NCBI GenBank assembly: GCA_050287085.1
Contig: JBNKBE010000002.1
Location: forward strand, 224,001-288,000
Reading direction: 5' to 3'
Length of the DNA stretch: 64,000 bases
Source of the DNA: Polyangiaceae bacterium
Lineage (GTDB): Bacteria > Myxococcota_A > Polyangia > Polyangiales > Polyangiaceae
The notes beneath the pieces are model-generated. The model made no database searches and was not told where the DNA came from. It worked only from the letters and a program-made list of their open reading frames with translations. Made by a program: the position numbers and the translations under genes. This document shows, in pieces, positions 37,916 to 48,243 of this stretch. Position 1 is the stretch's first letter, and each line of letters starts with the position of its first letter.

Positions 37916-40858
37916 ATGACGAAGGTGAAAGAGAGGGGTCTAGGCGCGCTCGGATTGGCGCTTGGGTTGCTAGCCGCAGCGTGCAGCAGCCCGCCCGACG
38001 AGCCAGAGGCGCGCGGAGGAAAGGACCGTTCGAAGGAAGACGCGGGAGCTTCTTTGGACGCGGGTGCCCAGAGTGACGGGGGGGAGGACGACGATGACCG
38101 CGTGACCGTGTCGTCAGGGGACGGCGGAGGAGTCGTGGTACCGATACCCGACGCCGGTCACGACGGCGGAGCCACGCCGGCGCCGGTGACCTTGCGAGGT
38201 CATCTACGCGTGGGGGAACGGCTATATATCGATCAGGACGTGGCTAATCTCGACGTGCTGCCCGGGGTTAACGATCACATGAATCGAGCCGACCCGGACA
38301 TGGATGAAGCCCAGGTGATATCGAGTCCTAGTACGGTCGTGGGCTACTTGGGACCCGAAGTGCCCACGGGCGAAGAAGGCGAGACCCGCCCGGACGACGT
38401 GGATTACTACAAGGTTCAGCTGCAGCAGGGTCAGATCGTTTCGCTCTACGTATCTGAGCCCGGCGCCGAGGAGGCACCCCGTCCAGATCTGGATCTATTT
38501 CTGTTCCCAGCCTTGGCCGACGGCGAAGCGGAGTTGGCCGAGCCGGACGACTTCGTTGACGACGATCAGGGGGTAGGGGACAAGGAGCTGGTCGTGGCTC
38601 CCGTCACGGGAACCTACTGGGTCGCCGTCGAGCGCTACCAGGACGACCAGGATGACGGAAGCCCTGAAGACGATGCGAAGGTGGGCGGCGTGTATACGCT
38701 CACCGTGGGGGTGCGTCCCAGCGACGACGTGTTGAGCGAAATGGCCAGTAGCAAGGTAAGCAGCAGCTTAGCGCTGGTTCCGGGGACCGCGTTGGTTGAG
38801 ATGAACCCTGGCTCCCGCGTCCCCGAAGTGACGCGCTCCGGTCGCCGCTTCTCACTATCGCGAGGTCCCGTTGGTCGGTTCCAGCGGGTGGATGTGGCTT
38901 TGCCTTCAGCCCGACGTATCGAGCGTTCGGCGCGCAGCGAGCGTGTGGCTCGGCAGGCCACGATTTCCGCGATCAAGGAGCTTAGCCGGCAGCGTGGCGT
39001 GCTGAGGGTGCATCCAGAGTACCTCTATAGCACTCAGCAGGTGCCCGACGATCCTTTGTATCCTCAGCAGTGGCACTACTCGCAATTGGACTTGGAAGAA
39101 GCCTGGGCCAACAGCGATCGAATCGAGAACGGTAGTCGCGGAGAAGGGGTTGTTGTTGCGGTGATCGACACCGGCATAGTGCCTCAGCATCCGGACTTCG
39201 AGAACGCGGATGGTTCGTCGCAAATTGTTGCGGGCAAAGATGTTATCTCGTTCTACGGACAGACGCGCTCAGGGGAGGAGCTCCCCGACTTCGCTGTCGA
39301 TGGTGACGGGGTCGACAACGATCCGACGGATCCGGGAGATGGCCGCACGCCAGGGGACCACTCCTTTCACGGAACCCACTGCGCGGGGACGATCGCGGCT
39401 GCGACCAACAATGGCAAGGGTGGCGCTGGCGTGGCCCCGAACGCCAAGATCATGCCGGTGCGCGCTATCGGTCGGGGAGGTGGAATCTCCTCGGATATCG
39501 CCGTGGCCATTCTGTGGGCCGCAGGGCTCGACAATCCGACTGGAACGGTACCCAAGCGTCCGGCGGACATCATCAGTATGAGTCTAGGGGGACCGAGGAG
39601 TACTGTGTTCGCGGATGCTGTTGCCGCCGCGCGCGCCAAGGGGGTCATCGTGGTTGCCGCAGCGGGCAATGAGCACGCGGACGTCAACCTCGTGGGGCCC
39701 GCGGCCGAGCCCGGCGTGGTTGCCGTCTCAGCAACGGATTTTAACCGTGACCTCGCGTTCTACTCGAATAGCGGCGGGGCCGTCGACGTTGCGGCGCCCG
39801 GTGGCGACATCCAAGCGGATATCAATCTAGATGGCTTGGGCGACGGCGTGATCAGTACGGTCTTCAAGAATAATGGCCGTACACAATACATTGCCTATCA
39901 AGGAACATCGATGGCGACGCCCCACGTAGCGGGCGTGGCCGCCTTGATGAAGTCGATTTGGCCGGCGATGACCCCCGATGACTTCGATCGGGTGCTGCCC
40001 GAGATCGCGATCGACATTGGCAATATGGGGAAGGATCCGAGCTTCGGGCACGGCCTCATCAATGCCAATCGCGCCGTATTGGTCGCCGCTAGGGAGGCGA
40101 GCAAGACGATTACGAGCGAACCGGTGCTCAGCGTTTCAACCACTGCGTTGGACTTTGGTGGTGGAGACAACGATCGCTTACCCTTGGTCATCAGCAATAC
40201 CGGTGACGAAGCGGCTGAGCTTCAGCTGACCGCCGTGACGCCGTCAGCCGCTTGGATCAGTGTCCCGGGGGCGGATGTTGGACTCAACGAGGTGGTGATA
40301 GATCGTCAACACCCCGACCTGCAGCCAGGGGCCAACTTGAGCTCGGTACTACTGCAGAGCAACGGCGGCGACGTGAGCATTGACGTCCGCGTCTTCGTTG
40401 GCGACGAGCCGCTCGGCGGAGATCTCGATCTGGTCTACGTGCTGCTGGTCAATCCCGAAACGGGCAAGGTACGCGATTTGGAGCGTGACCAGGTGGCAGC
40501 GTTCCGCAGTGAGGAAGGTTTTCTGCCAGACTATGGTTTCGAGTTCGAGGCCGTCGCACCCGGGCGCTACTATCTGGTCGCCGGAACAGACGCGGCCGAT
40601 ACCTTCTTTCTGGGGAACGACGGAGACGCCTATGGTGCCTTTCCTCTAGCTCAGGATCCGGAAATGCTGTGCATCAATGTGGAGGATGAGGTGGGCAACT
40701 GCAAACGGATCATCACCGATGACACCCATGACATGGACTTCGCACTCCAAGTGCTCGTCGATCAAGGCGCGGAGTACGTGGAGGACGCAAATGCTGGAGT
40801 AAGCAGCAAGGGCGTGAGCGGAAGGGTTCGAGCTATCAAGGCGGAGCGAGCGTGGTGA
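37916..40858 (+). CDS. S8 (subtilisin-like) serine peptidase, lipoprotein
   Basis: Lipobox LLAAAC; triad VAVIDTG / FHGTHCAG / GTSMATPH; oxyanion AAAGN; PPC-like domain N-terminal, Ig-like domains C-terminal. Confidence 0.93.
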   Translation: MTKVKERGLGALGLALGLLAAACSSPPDEPEARGGKDRSKEDAGASLDAGAQSDGGEDDDDRVTVSSGDGGGVVVPIPDAGHDGGATPAPVTLRGHLRVGERLYIDQDVANLDVLPGVNDHMNRADPDMDEAQVISSPSTVVGYLGPEVPTGEEGETRPDDVDYYKVQLQQGQIVSLYVSEPGAEEAPRPDLDLFLFPALADGEAELAEPDDFVDDDQGVGDKELVVAPVTGTYWVAVERYQDDQDDGSPEDDAKVGGVYTLTVGVRPSDDVLSEMASSKVSSSLALVPGTALVEMNPGSRVPEVTRSGRRFSLSRGPVGRFQRVDVALPSARRIERSARSERVARQATISAIKELSRQRGVLRVHPEYLYSTQQVPDDPLYPQQWHYSQLDLEEAWANSDRIENGSRGEGVVVAVIDTGIVPQHPDFENADGSSQIVAGKDVISFYGQTRSGEELPDFAVDGDGVDNDPTDPGDGRTPGDHSFHGTHCAGTIAAATNNGKGGAGVAPNAKIMPVRAIGRGGGISSDIAVAILWAAGLDNPTGTVPKRPADIISMSLGGPRSTVFADAVAAARAKGVIVVAAAGNEHADVNLVGPAAEPGVVAVSATDFNRDLAFYSNSGGAVDVAAPGGDIQADINLDGLGDGVISTVFKNNGRTQYIAYQGTSMATPHVAGVAALMKSIWPAMTPDDFDRVLPEIAIDIGNMGKDPSFGHGLINANRAVLVAAREASKTITSEPVLSVSTTALDFGGGDNDRLPLVISNTGDEAAELQLTAVTPSAAWISVPGADVGLNEVVIDRQHPDLQPGANLSSVLLQSNGGDVSIDVRVFVGDEPLGGDLDLVYVLLVNPETGKVRDLERDQVAAFRSEEGFLPDYGFEFEAVAPGRYYLVAGTDAADTFFLGNDGDAYGAFPLAQDPEMLCINVEDEVGNCKRIITDDTHDMDFALQVLVDQGAEYVEDANAGVSSKGVSGRVRAIKAERAW

Positions 40859-41259
40859 GCAACGACTACATACTGAACTCCGGTTGGCTGGCTCGCTCAC
40901 CCCGCTCATGGATCTGCTTTGTAGCGGCGGCTTCTTTTTTGGCGGCGTGTAGCAAAGCCGAGCCCCCCGCAGCCCCAGAGGGTCCCAGCTCTCTGCGTGA
41001 TTCGGCCGCTGCCCCGAATTCGTCGGGCACGGCCGGAGGCGTCTCACCTTGCCAGGTGGGGGGCTGCAGCGGCGAGCTGTGTTTGCGCGCGGATGCACCG
41101 GGTGTTGTTGGGCCTTGTGACTATCGCCCTGAATACGCCTGTTATCGGGAAGCGAGCTGCGCTCCGAACGCCGCAGGCGTATGTGAGTGGCAGAAGAGCC
41201 CCGCGCTCGACAAGTGCTTGTCCCAGCGTCGCAGAAGCCTGCCTGTAGTGCCCGAATAG
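40852..41259 (+). CDS. Small lipoprotein with eight-cysteine-cluster domain
   Basis: Lipobox FLAAC, then CQVGGCSGELC...PC..RPEYACY...SC......CEW......KC (8 Cys); overlaps the S8 gene stop. Confidence 0.8.
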   Translation: MVSNDYILNSGWLARSPRSWICFVAAASFLAACSKAEPPAAPEGPSSLRDSAAAPNSSGTAGGVSPCQVGGCSGELCLRADAPGVVGPCDYRPEYACYREASCAPNAAGVCEWQKSPALDKCLSQRRRSLPVVPE

Positions 41260-41338
41260 CCGGGCGTGCCTGAATACCGGGCGTGCCTGAATACCGGGCG
41301 TGCCTGAATACCGGGCGTGCCTGAATACCGGGCGTGCC
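41248..41338. repeat. 17-bp tandem repeat CCGGGCGTGCCTGAATA, about 4.6 perfect copies plus a degenerate leading partial
   Basis: Exact units at 41260, 41277, 41294, 41311, partial at 41328; degenerate GTGCCCGAATAG at 41248-41259. Confidence 0.95.
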
Positions 41339-41680
41339 AGCGTCGCAGTGATTCTTCGCATATGCCGTCCCCGAGCTCTTGAACATCGGCGGCTTTGGGG
41401 GTGCTCTGCGAGGAACGCTGATGGCATCAGTACCAGCGCGTGCACACTTGAGCGTGACGTAAGCGAGCCTGTGTACTGGTGCCCCACCTATTGGCGCTGA
41501 ACTGCATCGCACACGTTGCCATGCTTCTCCAGCTTCTCCAGTTGCTCTGCGGTGCTCTCGCCTCACGCGCCCACCTCGCGGCGCTCTCGACCGGCTGGCG
41601 ACTGACTTTGCCATCCGCGGGCCCTTGCGCCTTCAACCGCCTCCGCGCTGCCGCCGGATTTACGCCTGTGGCAGCGCCCG

Positions 41681-41747
41681 GCGCGGTACATCGCAGCGCG
41701 GTACATCGCAGCGCGGTACATCGCAGCGCGGTACATCGCAGCGCGGT
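41681..41747. repeat. 15-bp tandem repeat GCGCGGTACATCGCA, about 4.5 copies
   Basis: Exact units at 41681, 41696, 41711, 41726, partial at 41741. Confidence 0.95.
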
Positions 41748-41762
41748 TGGACGCCGCGCTAA

Positions 41763-42296
41763 CTACTCGTTGCCGGGCAGGCGCTTCTTGCTGACCCCTT
41801 TGCGCTGCCTGAACGTCCGCCGCGTTTCAGTCGCACCAGGCGGCTTGGGTGCTGCAGTTGCGGGCGGCTTAGGCGTTGCCGTCGCGGGCGGCTTAGGCGC
41901 GGGCGGCTTAGGCGCGGCCGCCCCAGGCGGCTTGGGCGCTGCCGTCCCAGGCGGCTTGGGTGCCGGGGCGGGTTGTGGTGTTCCGTCTACAAGCCCCGCC
42001 TGCGTTTCTTCCTGGGGTGCGGCCGGGGCGGTGGCAGTTGGGGCTGCGCTTGCCGGATCCGAACGATCGGAGACATCCCCATCCGAGTCGCCTGGAGACG
42101 GGGAGGGCGTAGGTGCCTCCGGTGCACTACTTACCCCTTCGCTCGTGGGCGCTGCTGGGGCTTGCGTGAGCGCCTCGCGCGAGACCTCGGTCGTCTGCTC
42201 GGCGAGATCACAGCCGAACAATGATAGCGCTATCACTGTTGCGGTGAGCTCAGCTCTGCGAGCCCTTGGTGGCGGTGTTCTTGATTGCGTATTCAA
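41763..42296 (-). CDS. Putative Pro/Ala-rich lipoprotein with PKPP repeats
   Basis: GGAGG RBS, lipobox-like LSLFGC, six PKPP repeats, basic C-terminus; start is TTG. Confidence 0.65.
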   Translation of the reverse strand: MNTQSRTPPPRARRAELTATVIALSLFGCDLAEQTTEVSREALTQAPAAPTSEGVSSAPEAPTPSPSPGDSDGDVSDRSDPASAAPTATAPAAPQEETQAGLVDGTPQPAPAPKPPGTAAPKPPGAAAPKPPAPKPPATATPKPPATAAPKPPGATETRRTFRQRKGVSKKRLPGNE

Positions 42297-42415
42297 AACA
42301 GACCTCCTGCCGCTGGTGCGGGCGCTTGCATTCTGCGCTGAGCTAGGTCACGCGCGTGCTCCGTTCTACCTTGCTTGCGCTCGATCCTTCCCTTGTCAGG
42401 GCGGCTACTCGGTGC

Positions 42416-45088
42416 CTAGTCGTTGTCGTCCCCGTCTAGTGGGTCCGCGTCAGGCGTACCCTCCAGCGGGACGTCAGCACCCTCGTCTTCTGTACTGTGC
42501 TCGACACTCACGGAAACATCCCCCTCGACGGCTTCCAGCTCCGCATCATCGAGGCTGTCTTCGTTGTCTTCGTCGAGGGCCTCGATTGCGACGACGCGTT
42601 CGTCGGAGCCGACGTTCATGACTCGCACGCCCTGGGCGTTGCGACCGGTCTCGCGGATCTGTTCGACCTTCGTTCGAATCGTCTGCCCCCGGTCGGTCAC
42701 AAGCATTACGTCATCCGTTGGTCGTACCAGCGCGATCCCGATCACGGGGCCATTGCGCTCGCTGGTGCTGATCATGATGATCCCCTTGCCGCCGCGATTC
42801 TGGGAGCGGAACTCTTCCAGTAGCGTGCGCTTTCCGTAGCCGTTGGCGCAGACGGTGAGGACTTGTGGCCGCTCTGGGTCGGTGCATGCAAAGCCTACAA
42901 CTTCGTCATCGGCGTCGAGTTCGATGGCCTTGACTCCAACGGCTCCGCGGCCCATCGCGCGTACTTGCTGTTCATCGAAGCGAATGCTCTTGCCCTTGCG
43001 CGTAGCGATCAGGAATTCGCGCGAGCCATCCGTCACCGCTGCGGCGAGTAACTGGTCGTCGTCGGCGATCTTGACTCCGATGATGCCCTTCTCGCGGAAG
43101 TTCTGATAGTCCGTGATGGCCGTCTTCTTGATCTGTCCGCGCTTGGTCAGCGTCGTGACAAATAGCCCGTCATTGAATCCCTCTACCGGAGCGATAGCGC
43201 GTACGCGCTCGTCGGATTCGAGGCCGACGAAGTTGACAATCGCGCGCCCCTTGCCGTTTCGCGCGGCCTCCGGCACTTCGAATACCTTCTTGACGTATAC
43301 CTTGCCGCGGTCGCTGAAGAAGAACACGTAGCTGTGCGTGGAACAGACGAACAATTGCGAAACGAAGTCATCGGTGCGCGCGTCCATCCCGCGATTGCCT
43401 TTGCCGCCGCGCTTCTGGGCCTTGTACGTTGAGAGTGCCGTGCGCTTGATATACCCCTCATGGGATATGGTGACGGCCATCTGCTCTTCTTGAATCAGAT
43501 CTTCGATCTGGATCTCAGATTCGTCCTCGATGATCTCCGTGCGTCGCTTCTGGCCGTATTGTTCCCGCACCTTCACCAGCTCGTCGACGATCACCTGCAT
43601 CAGCAATGACTCGTCCGCCAAGATGGCTTGTAGGCGCGCGATCGTCTCGCACAATTCGCCGTATTCGGTGGCGAGCTTCTCCTGTTCGAGCCCGGTCAAA
43701 CGGCTCAGTCGCATCTCGAGAATGGCTTTGGCCTGACGCTCGCTCAGATGATAGTCGCCGCGCGCACGTGCCGCTTCGAGTTCGTGCTCGGGACGACCTG
43801 CGCGGCGAACGAAGTGCTCCAAGCCCCGGAGCGGCAACGCCATCAGGCGTTGGCGCGCTTCGTCTGTGTCACGCGACTCGCGAATCGTCTTGATGACGAT
43901 ATCCGTATCTGTCGTGACCATGCCGAGGCCTTCGACGATTTCTCGATGAGCTTCAGCCTTGTTGAGTTCAAAGCGAGTGCGCCGGCTGACGACTTCTCGT
44001 CGATGCTCGACGAAGAGCTCGAGGACCTCTTTGAGATTCAGCACGGCAGGTCGGCCGTTGACGATGCTGAGATTGATGACTCCAAACGTCGTTTGAATCT
44101 CCGTCATGGTGTAGAGCTGGTTGAGCACTACTTGCGGAAATACGTCCTTCTTCAGCTCCAGTACCAAGCGCATGCCATCGCGGTCGCTCTCGTCGCGGGC
44201 CTCTCGAATTCCTTCGATGCGCTTGTCACGGATAAGCTGTCCAATCTTGGCGTGCAGGCGTGCTTTGTTGACCTGGTACGGTAGCTCCGTAAAGACGATC
44301 TGTTCGCGGTCTTTGCTGCCCTTGACGGCTTCAATCTCCGATCTACCCCGCATGACGATGCTGCCACGCCCCGTCTTGTAGGCTCGGTAGATCCCAACCC
44401 GGCCACAGATATAACCGGCTGTTGGAAAGTCTGGACCCGGGATGTACTCCATCAGCTGCTCGATGCTCAGCTCCGGGTTCTCGATGAGCGCGATGGTGGC
44501 GGTCATCACCTCGGTCAGATTGTGGGGGGGCACATTGGTCGCCATCCCGACGGCGATGCCGCCCGAACCGTTCACCAGCAGGTTGGGATAGCGAGCGGGG
44601 AGCACCCGGGGCTCCTCGAGGGACTCGTCGAAGTTCGGGACGAAGTCTACCGTGTCCTTGTCGATGTCGGTGAGCAACTCGGCCGCGATGCGAGCCAAGC
44701 GAGACTCGGTGTAGCGGTAGGCAGCCGCTGGGTCGCCGTCGACGGACCCAAAGTTGCCTTGGCCGTCGATCAGCGGGTAGCGCATGCTGAAGTCTTGGGC
44801 CATGCGCACCAGCGCGTCGTAGACGCTGGCGTCGCCATGAGGGTGGTACTTCCCCAGGACCTCGCCGACGACAGTTGCGCACTTCTTGTAGGCGGAGCCG
44901 GCGTTCAGGTTGAGGTCCTTCATCGCGTACAGAATGCGGCGATGAACGGGCTTCAGACCGTCGCGGACATCGGGAATAGCTCGCCCGATGATCACGCTCA
45001 TGGCGTAGTCCAGGTAGGAGGTTTGCATTTCCTCCTGGATGCTGATGGGGAGTTCGTCTTGCGATTGAGTCGGGGTGTCGCTTGCCAT
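42416..45088 (-). CDS. gyrA: DNA gyrase subunit A
   Basis: [25 protein letters not shown], active-site YRYTE, GyrA-box QKRGGKG, beta-pinwheel CTD with acidic tail. Confidence 0.96.
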   Translation of the reverse strand: MASDTPTQSQDELPISIQEEMQTSYLDYAMSVIIGRAIPDVRDGLKPVHRRILYAMKDLNLNAGSAYKKCATVVGEVLGKYHPHGDASVYDALVRMAQDFSMRYPLIDGQGNFGSVDGDPAAAYRYTESRLARIAAELLTDIDKDTVDFVPNFDESLEEPRVLPARYPNLLVNGSGGIAVGMATNVPPHNLTEVMTATIALIENPELSIEQLMEYIPGPDFPTAGYICGRVGIYRAYKTGRGSIVMRGRSEIEAVKGSKDREQIVFTELPYQVNKARLHAKIGQLIRDKRIEGIREARDESDRDGMRLVLELKKDVFPQVVLNQLYTMTEIQTTFGVINLSIVNGRPAVLNLKEVLELFVEHRREVVSRRTRFELNKAEAHREIVEGLGMVTTDTDIVIKTIRESRDTDEARQRLMALPLRGLEHFVRRAGRPEHELEAARARGDYHLSERQAKAILEMRLSRLTGLEQEKLATEYGELCETIARLQAILADESLLMQVIVDELVKVREQYGQKRRTEIIEDESEIQIEDLIQEEQMAVTISHEGYIKRTALSTYKAQKRGGKGNRGMDARTDDFVSQLFVCSTHSYVFFFSDRGKVYVKKVFEVPEAARNGKGRAIVNFVGLESDERVRAIAPVEGFNDGLFVTTLTKRGQIKKTAITDYQNFREKGIIGVKIADDDQLLAAAVTDGSREFLIATRKGKSIRFDEQQVRAMGRGAVGVKAIELDADDEVVGFACTDPERPQVLTVCANGYGKRTLLEEFRSQNRGGKGIIMISTSERNGPVIGIALVRPTDDVMLVTDRGQTIRTKVEQIRETGRNAQGVRVMNVGSDERVVAIEALDEDNEDSLDDAELEAVEGDVSVSVEHSTEDEGADVPLEGTPDADPLDGDDND

Positions 45089-45188
45089 GGTGCTGAGTTG
45101 CGTGGGCCTATCGAGGCGTTACGCGGCTCCCTTGGAGGGAGCTCCACTGAAAGAAGCTCGCCGCGAAGATCGGCGCTGGAGTGACGGG

Positions 45189-45291
45189 GGCTGCGTAGTT
45201 GGGATGCGCTGCGATGTTTGGGGGCGCTGCGCTGCTAGGGACGCTGCGATGTTTGGGACGCTGCGATGTTTGGGACGCCGCGATGCCGTGG
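45189..45291. repeat. Degenerate 17-bp tandem repeat, consensus CGCTGCGATGTTTGGGA, about 6 copies
   Basis: Units start at 45207, 45225, 45242, 45259, 45276; 45242 and 45259 are identical; more degenerate unit at 45189. Confidence 0.85.
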
Positions 45292-45502
45292 TGCTGAGGA
45301 TCAAAAGACGCTGCCGTATGCGGGCGCCAAAACCGGTGAGCTAGGGCAAGAGGCTTTCCGATAACTAATCGAAGGGCTCGCTCGACCCGCGGGGCGGGCG
45401 ACCGCGACGCGCATGGCAACCGCGATGCGCAGGCTGGCTGCTGCGCTCGATCGTCGGTGGGGGTGCGAACCATGGCCCCCCTGCGGCTCTTTTTTCGACC
45501 TC

Positions 45503-45544
45503 ATCGTCTGTGACATCGGAATGATTGTCTGTGACATCGAAATG
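45503..45544. repeat. 21-bp direct repeat x2 (ATyGTCTGTGACATCGrAATG)
   Basis: ATCGTCTGTGACATCGGAATG then ATTGTCTGTGACATCGAAATG, 19/21 identical. Confidence 0.85.
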
Positions 45545-45735
45545 AAGCTCAAGAAGCTCCAACTCACCCGGCCGTTATACTGACTTGGCGCTGATTTGGC
45601 CCCAAAATAAACGTCAAAGCGGACGTTTCACGCACCGGTTTCACGGGCGAACGCTGAGTTTTAGCCCCTTTGGGTTGGCCCAGGAAGTCACCCCTTGCGC
45701 GCCACCGCTAGCACTGCAGCGGGGCAGCGAAGAAC

Positions 45736-48243
45736 CTAGAAGAAGTTCCCGATCGCAAACTCGAAACGGTAGAAGTCTTCCCCCGGAAGGCGGGTGAAGG
45801 GGTAGCCAAACTCGAAGCGTAGCGGCCCCATCGGAGAGAACCACCGAATCCCGTAGCCCCAGCTGGTCCGAATGTTGGTGAAGCCACCCGGGAAGTCGAA
45901 ACACGGCTTCTGGACGTCGACCTTGATTGCACCCTGCAGCGCCTGGCAGTAGCGGCTTTCCAGGTTCCAGGTGTTGCCGGCGTCGGTGAAGAACACCCCT
46001 CGAATATTGGCTTCCTGCATAATGGGAAACTCGAATTCGAGATTGTCGTAGAACATCATGTTGCCGCCAAAAGCGGCTCCACCCGGGGAGGAGGCGCTAT
46101 TGGGGTCGACGCGATCGGTGAGTGAAATACGTGGGCTGAGGCTTCGGTAGCGGAAGCCCCGAACGTCGTAGACGCCCCCGAGGAAGTAGCGGGCGAAAAT
46201 CGGAACGCCGTCCGGGTTTGGACTCGTGATCAGTCCGAACTCAGTGTTGAGCTTCAACACGATGCCGGCTCCAAGGGGATAGTAGAAGCGGCTTGTCAGG
46301 GTGTTGCGCCAGAACTCGGTAGTGGCTCCGATTTCGGACAAAGAGAGCTCGGTGGAGCCGCGAATGTAGATTCCCGAAGTTGGGAACAGGCGATTGTCAC
46401 GCGTATCGAGGGTGATCGTCGGCCTGAAGCTGGAGGTGACGCCGTCGTTGTACAAACTGCGAAGGGGCAGATAAACGAAGCCCGTTTGCACCGAAGGTAA
46501 GGTCGAGCCGATGAGGGCACGGCTGGTGTCCGTCGAAACGTTGATGCGTTCCAGCGTGTACGTCAGCGAGAGGGACAGCTCCGGCTGAATCAACGGATAG
46601 CCCCATGTTAGCGACCCGCCAAGCGTATCCTGCACGTACGAGATCAGGTATTGCTGCTGACTGTATAGTGAGGTCGAGAAGCGGAAGTTTGTATCGAGGA
46701 AGTAGGGCTCGTAGAGCGAGAAATTGACCTGAGAACGCAGGCCCGAGATCTGGGCATTGAGCGATGCGTTTTGCCCGTTGCCCATCCAGTTGGCTTCTTG
46801 GACTTGCGCCGTTGCGATCAGGTTTTCGATGCTCGAGAACCCGGCCCCGACCTGGAAGGTTCCGGTCGGCTTCTCGATGACTTCAACCTGAATGTCGATC
46901 CGGTCGGCACTGCTGCCAGGGCTCGTGGCGACGTCGACGCGCTCGAAGAACCCCAAGGCGGTGACCCGGCGTCGGGAGCGTTCGAGCAACGTTTCACTGA
47001 AGCGTTGCCCCTCCACAACTTCCATTTCGCGGCGGATCACTTTGTCGCGCGTCTTGGTGTTGCCACGGATCTCGATGCGGTCGAAGTACACCACCGGGCC
47101 CCGCCGAATTGGGACAACGACGTCGACCTCGTTGGTTTCCGGATCGAGCTTTACGTCGGGGTTCGCGTCGACGTTGGCGTAGCCCTCGTCCCGGTAGAGA
47201 GTCCGAACTTGATTGAGGTCGTCAAGCAGCGCCGCTCGATTGAAATAGTCCCCCGGCTGCGCCTTCACGAGGTTGCGCAAGGATTTGCGCCCCCCGATCG
47301 GCTCGATTTCTTTGCCGTCCGGGCCACGTTCCAAAATGCGAAACTGTCGCAGTTTGAACCTGGGGCCCTCGTCGACCGTAATCGACAACTCGATCCCGGT
47401 GCGATCCGGGGTGAGCATGACGCGCGGGGTGAAGATCTGAGCGGCGAGGTACCCTTGGTCGTAGTAGAGCGCGTTGATGACCGCGATATCGCGCTCAAAG
47501 GCATCTTGTCTAAACGGGCCGCCGCTTCCGAAGTTGAGAATGCTAGACTGGCCCGTGAACATCACCGCTCGCAGCTCGTCGTCGGGCACGTGATTGTTGC
47601 CGATGAACGAGATGCGGCGCACGCTGACTTGGCTGTGCTCGGTGATCTTGAATTCGACCGTGACCTCGTTGCTCTTCTCGGTCTTGATCGCGCTCTCGGC
47701 CTCGGCCAGGAAGTAGCCCTTCTCCGCGTACATGTCGCGGATCTTTTGGATACTGCGAGCTATGGCGGGGCGGCTCAGGATCGAATCCGCTTTGAGCTCG
47801 ATGGCTTCTTCCAGATCGTCGTCGTCGACTTCGTCATTGCCAACGAACTTCACCGCTTTGACGTTGGGGCGTTCCCGTACGATGAAACGCAAGGTCACGC
47901 CTTGGTCTCGTATTTCGAGGTCGACGCGGATGTCGTCAAAAAAGCCCGAACCCCACAGCTCTCGAACGTCCTGCGAGAGCGCGGCGGGAGCGAACTTCTG
48001 ACCCAGTCGCTCGCGCAGATAGCTGACGACGTCCTCCTTGCTGATCCGCCGATTGCCGTCCACGTCAATTCTGACGATCACGGCCCCGCGGGCGGCTTCG
48101 ATCACTTCCGGATCAGCGTCCTGGGAGGCGACTTCGGAGACGACTGTGTCGCCTTCCGCGGCCCAAGCGATCGGAGTCCACAACAGCAATAGCGTCAGGC
48201 ACAGTCCCCGCAGGCCGAGAGCCCAGCGCGGACGGGTCAGCAT
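45736..48243 (-). CDS. bamA: Outer membrane protein assembly factor BamA
   Basis: Signal peptide, five POTRA domains (GNTKTRDKVIRRE in POTRA5), DVRGF lid motif, GIRWFSPMGPLRFEFG, terminal Phe; start placed at ATG 48243. Confidence 0.96.
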   Translation of the reverse strand: MLTRPRWALGLRGLCLTLLLLWTPIAWAAEGDTVVSEVASQDADPEVIEAARGAVIVRIDVDGNRRISKEDVVSYLRERLGQKFAPAALSQDVRELWGSGFFDDIRVDLEIRDQGVTLRFIVRERPNVKAVKFVGNDEVDDDDLEEAIELKADSILSRPAIARSIQKIRDMYAEKGYFLAEAESAIKTEKSNEVTVEFKITEHSQVSVRRISFIGNNHVPDDELRAVMFTGQSSILNFGSGGPFRQDAFERDIAVINALYYDQGYLAAQIFTPRVMLTPDRTGIELSITVDEGPRFKLRQFRILERGPDGKEIEPIGGRKSLRNLVKAQPGDYFNRAALLDDLNQVRTLYRDEGYANVDANPDVKLDPETNEVDVVVPIRRGPVVYFDRIEIRGNTKTRDKVIRREMEVVEGQRFSETLLERSRRRVTALGFFERVDVATSPGSSADRIDIQVEVIEKPTGTFQVGAGFSSIENLIATAQVQEANWMGNGQNASLNAQISGLRSQVNFSLYEPYFLDTNFRFSTSLYSQQQYLISYVQDTLGGSLTWGYPLIQPELSLSLTYTLERINVSTDTSRALIGSTLPSVQTGFVYLPLRSLYNDGVTSSFRPTITLDTRDNRLFPTSGIYIRGSTELSLSEIGATTEFWRNTLTSRFYYPLGAGIVLKLNTEFGLITSPNPDGVPIFARYFLGGVYDVRGFRYRSLSPRISLTDRVDPNSASSPGGAAFGGNMMFYDNLEFEFPIMQEANIRGVFFTDAGNTWNLESRYCQALQGAIKVDVQKPCFDFPGGFTNIRTSWGYGIRWFSPMGPLRFEFGYPFTRLPGEDFYRFEFAIGNFF

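Noticed and set aside
41248..41747. CRISPR array
   Set aside because: Units are directly adjacent with no unique spacers, are only 15-17 bp, and no cas genes are present.
41479..42621. 380-aa plus-strand Gly/Ala-rich ORF
   Set aside because: Antisense reading of the Pro-rich lipoprotein and of the 15-bp repeat; overlaps the gyrA end; the minus-strand ORF has an RBS and lipobox.
45365..45562. Small minus-strand ORF upstream of gyrA (DVTD repeat)
   Set aside because: TTG start with no clear RBS; the peptide repeat simply reflects the 21-bp DNA duplication.
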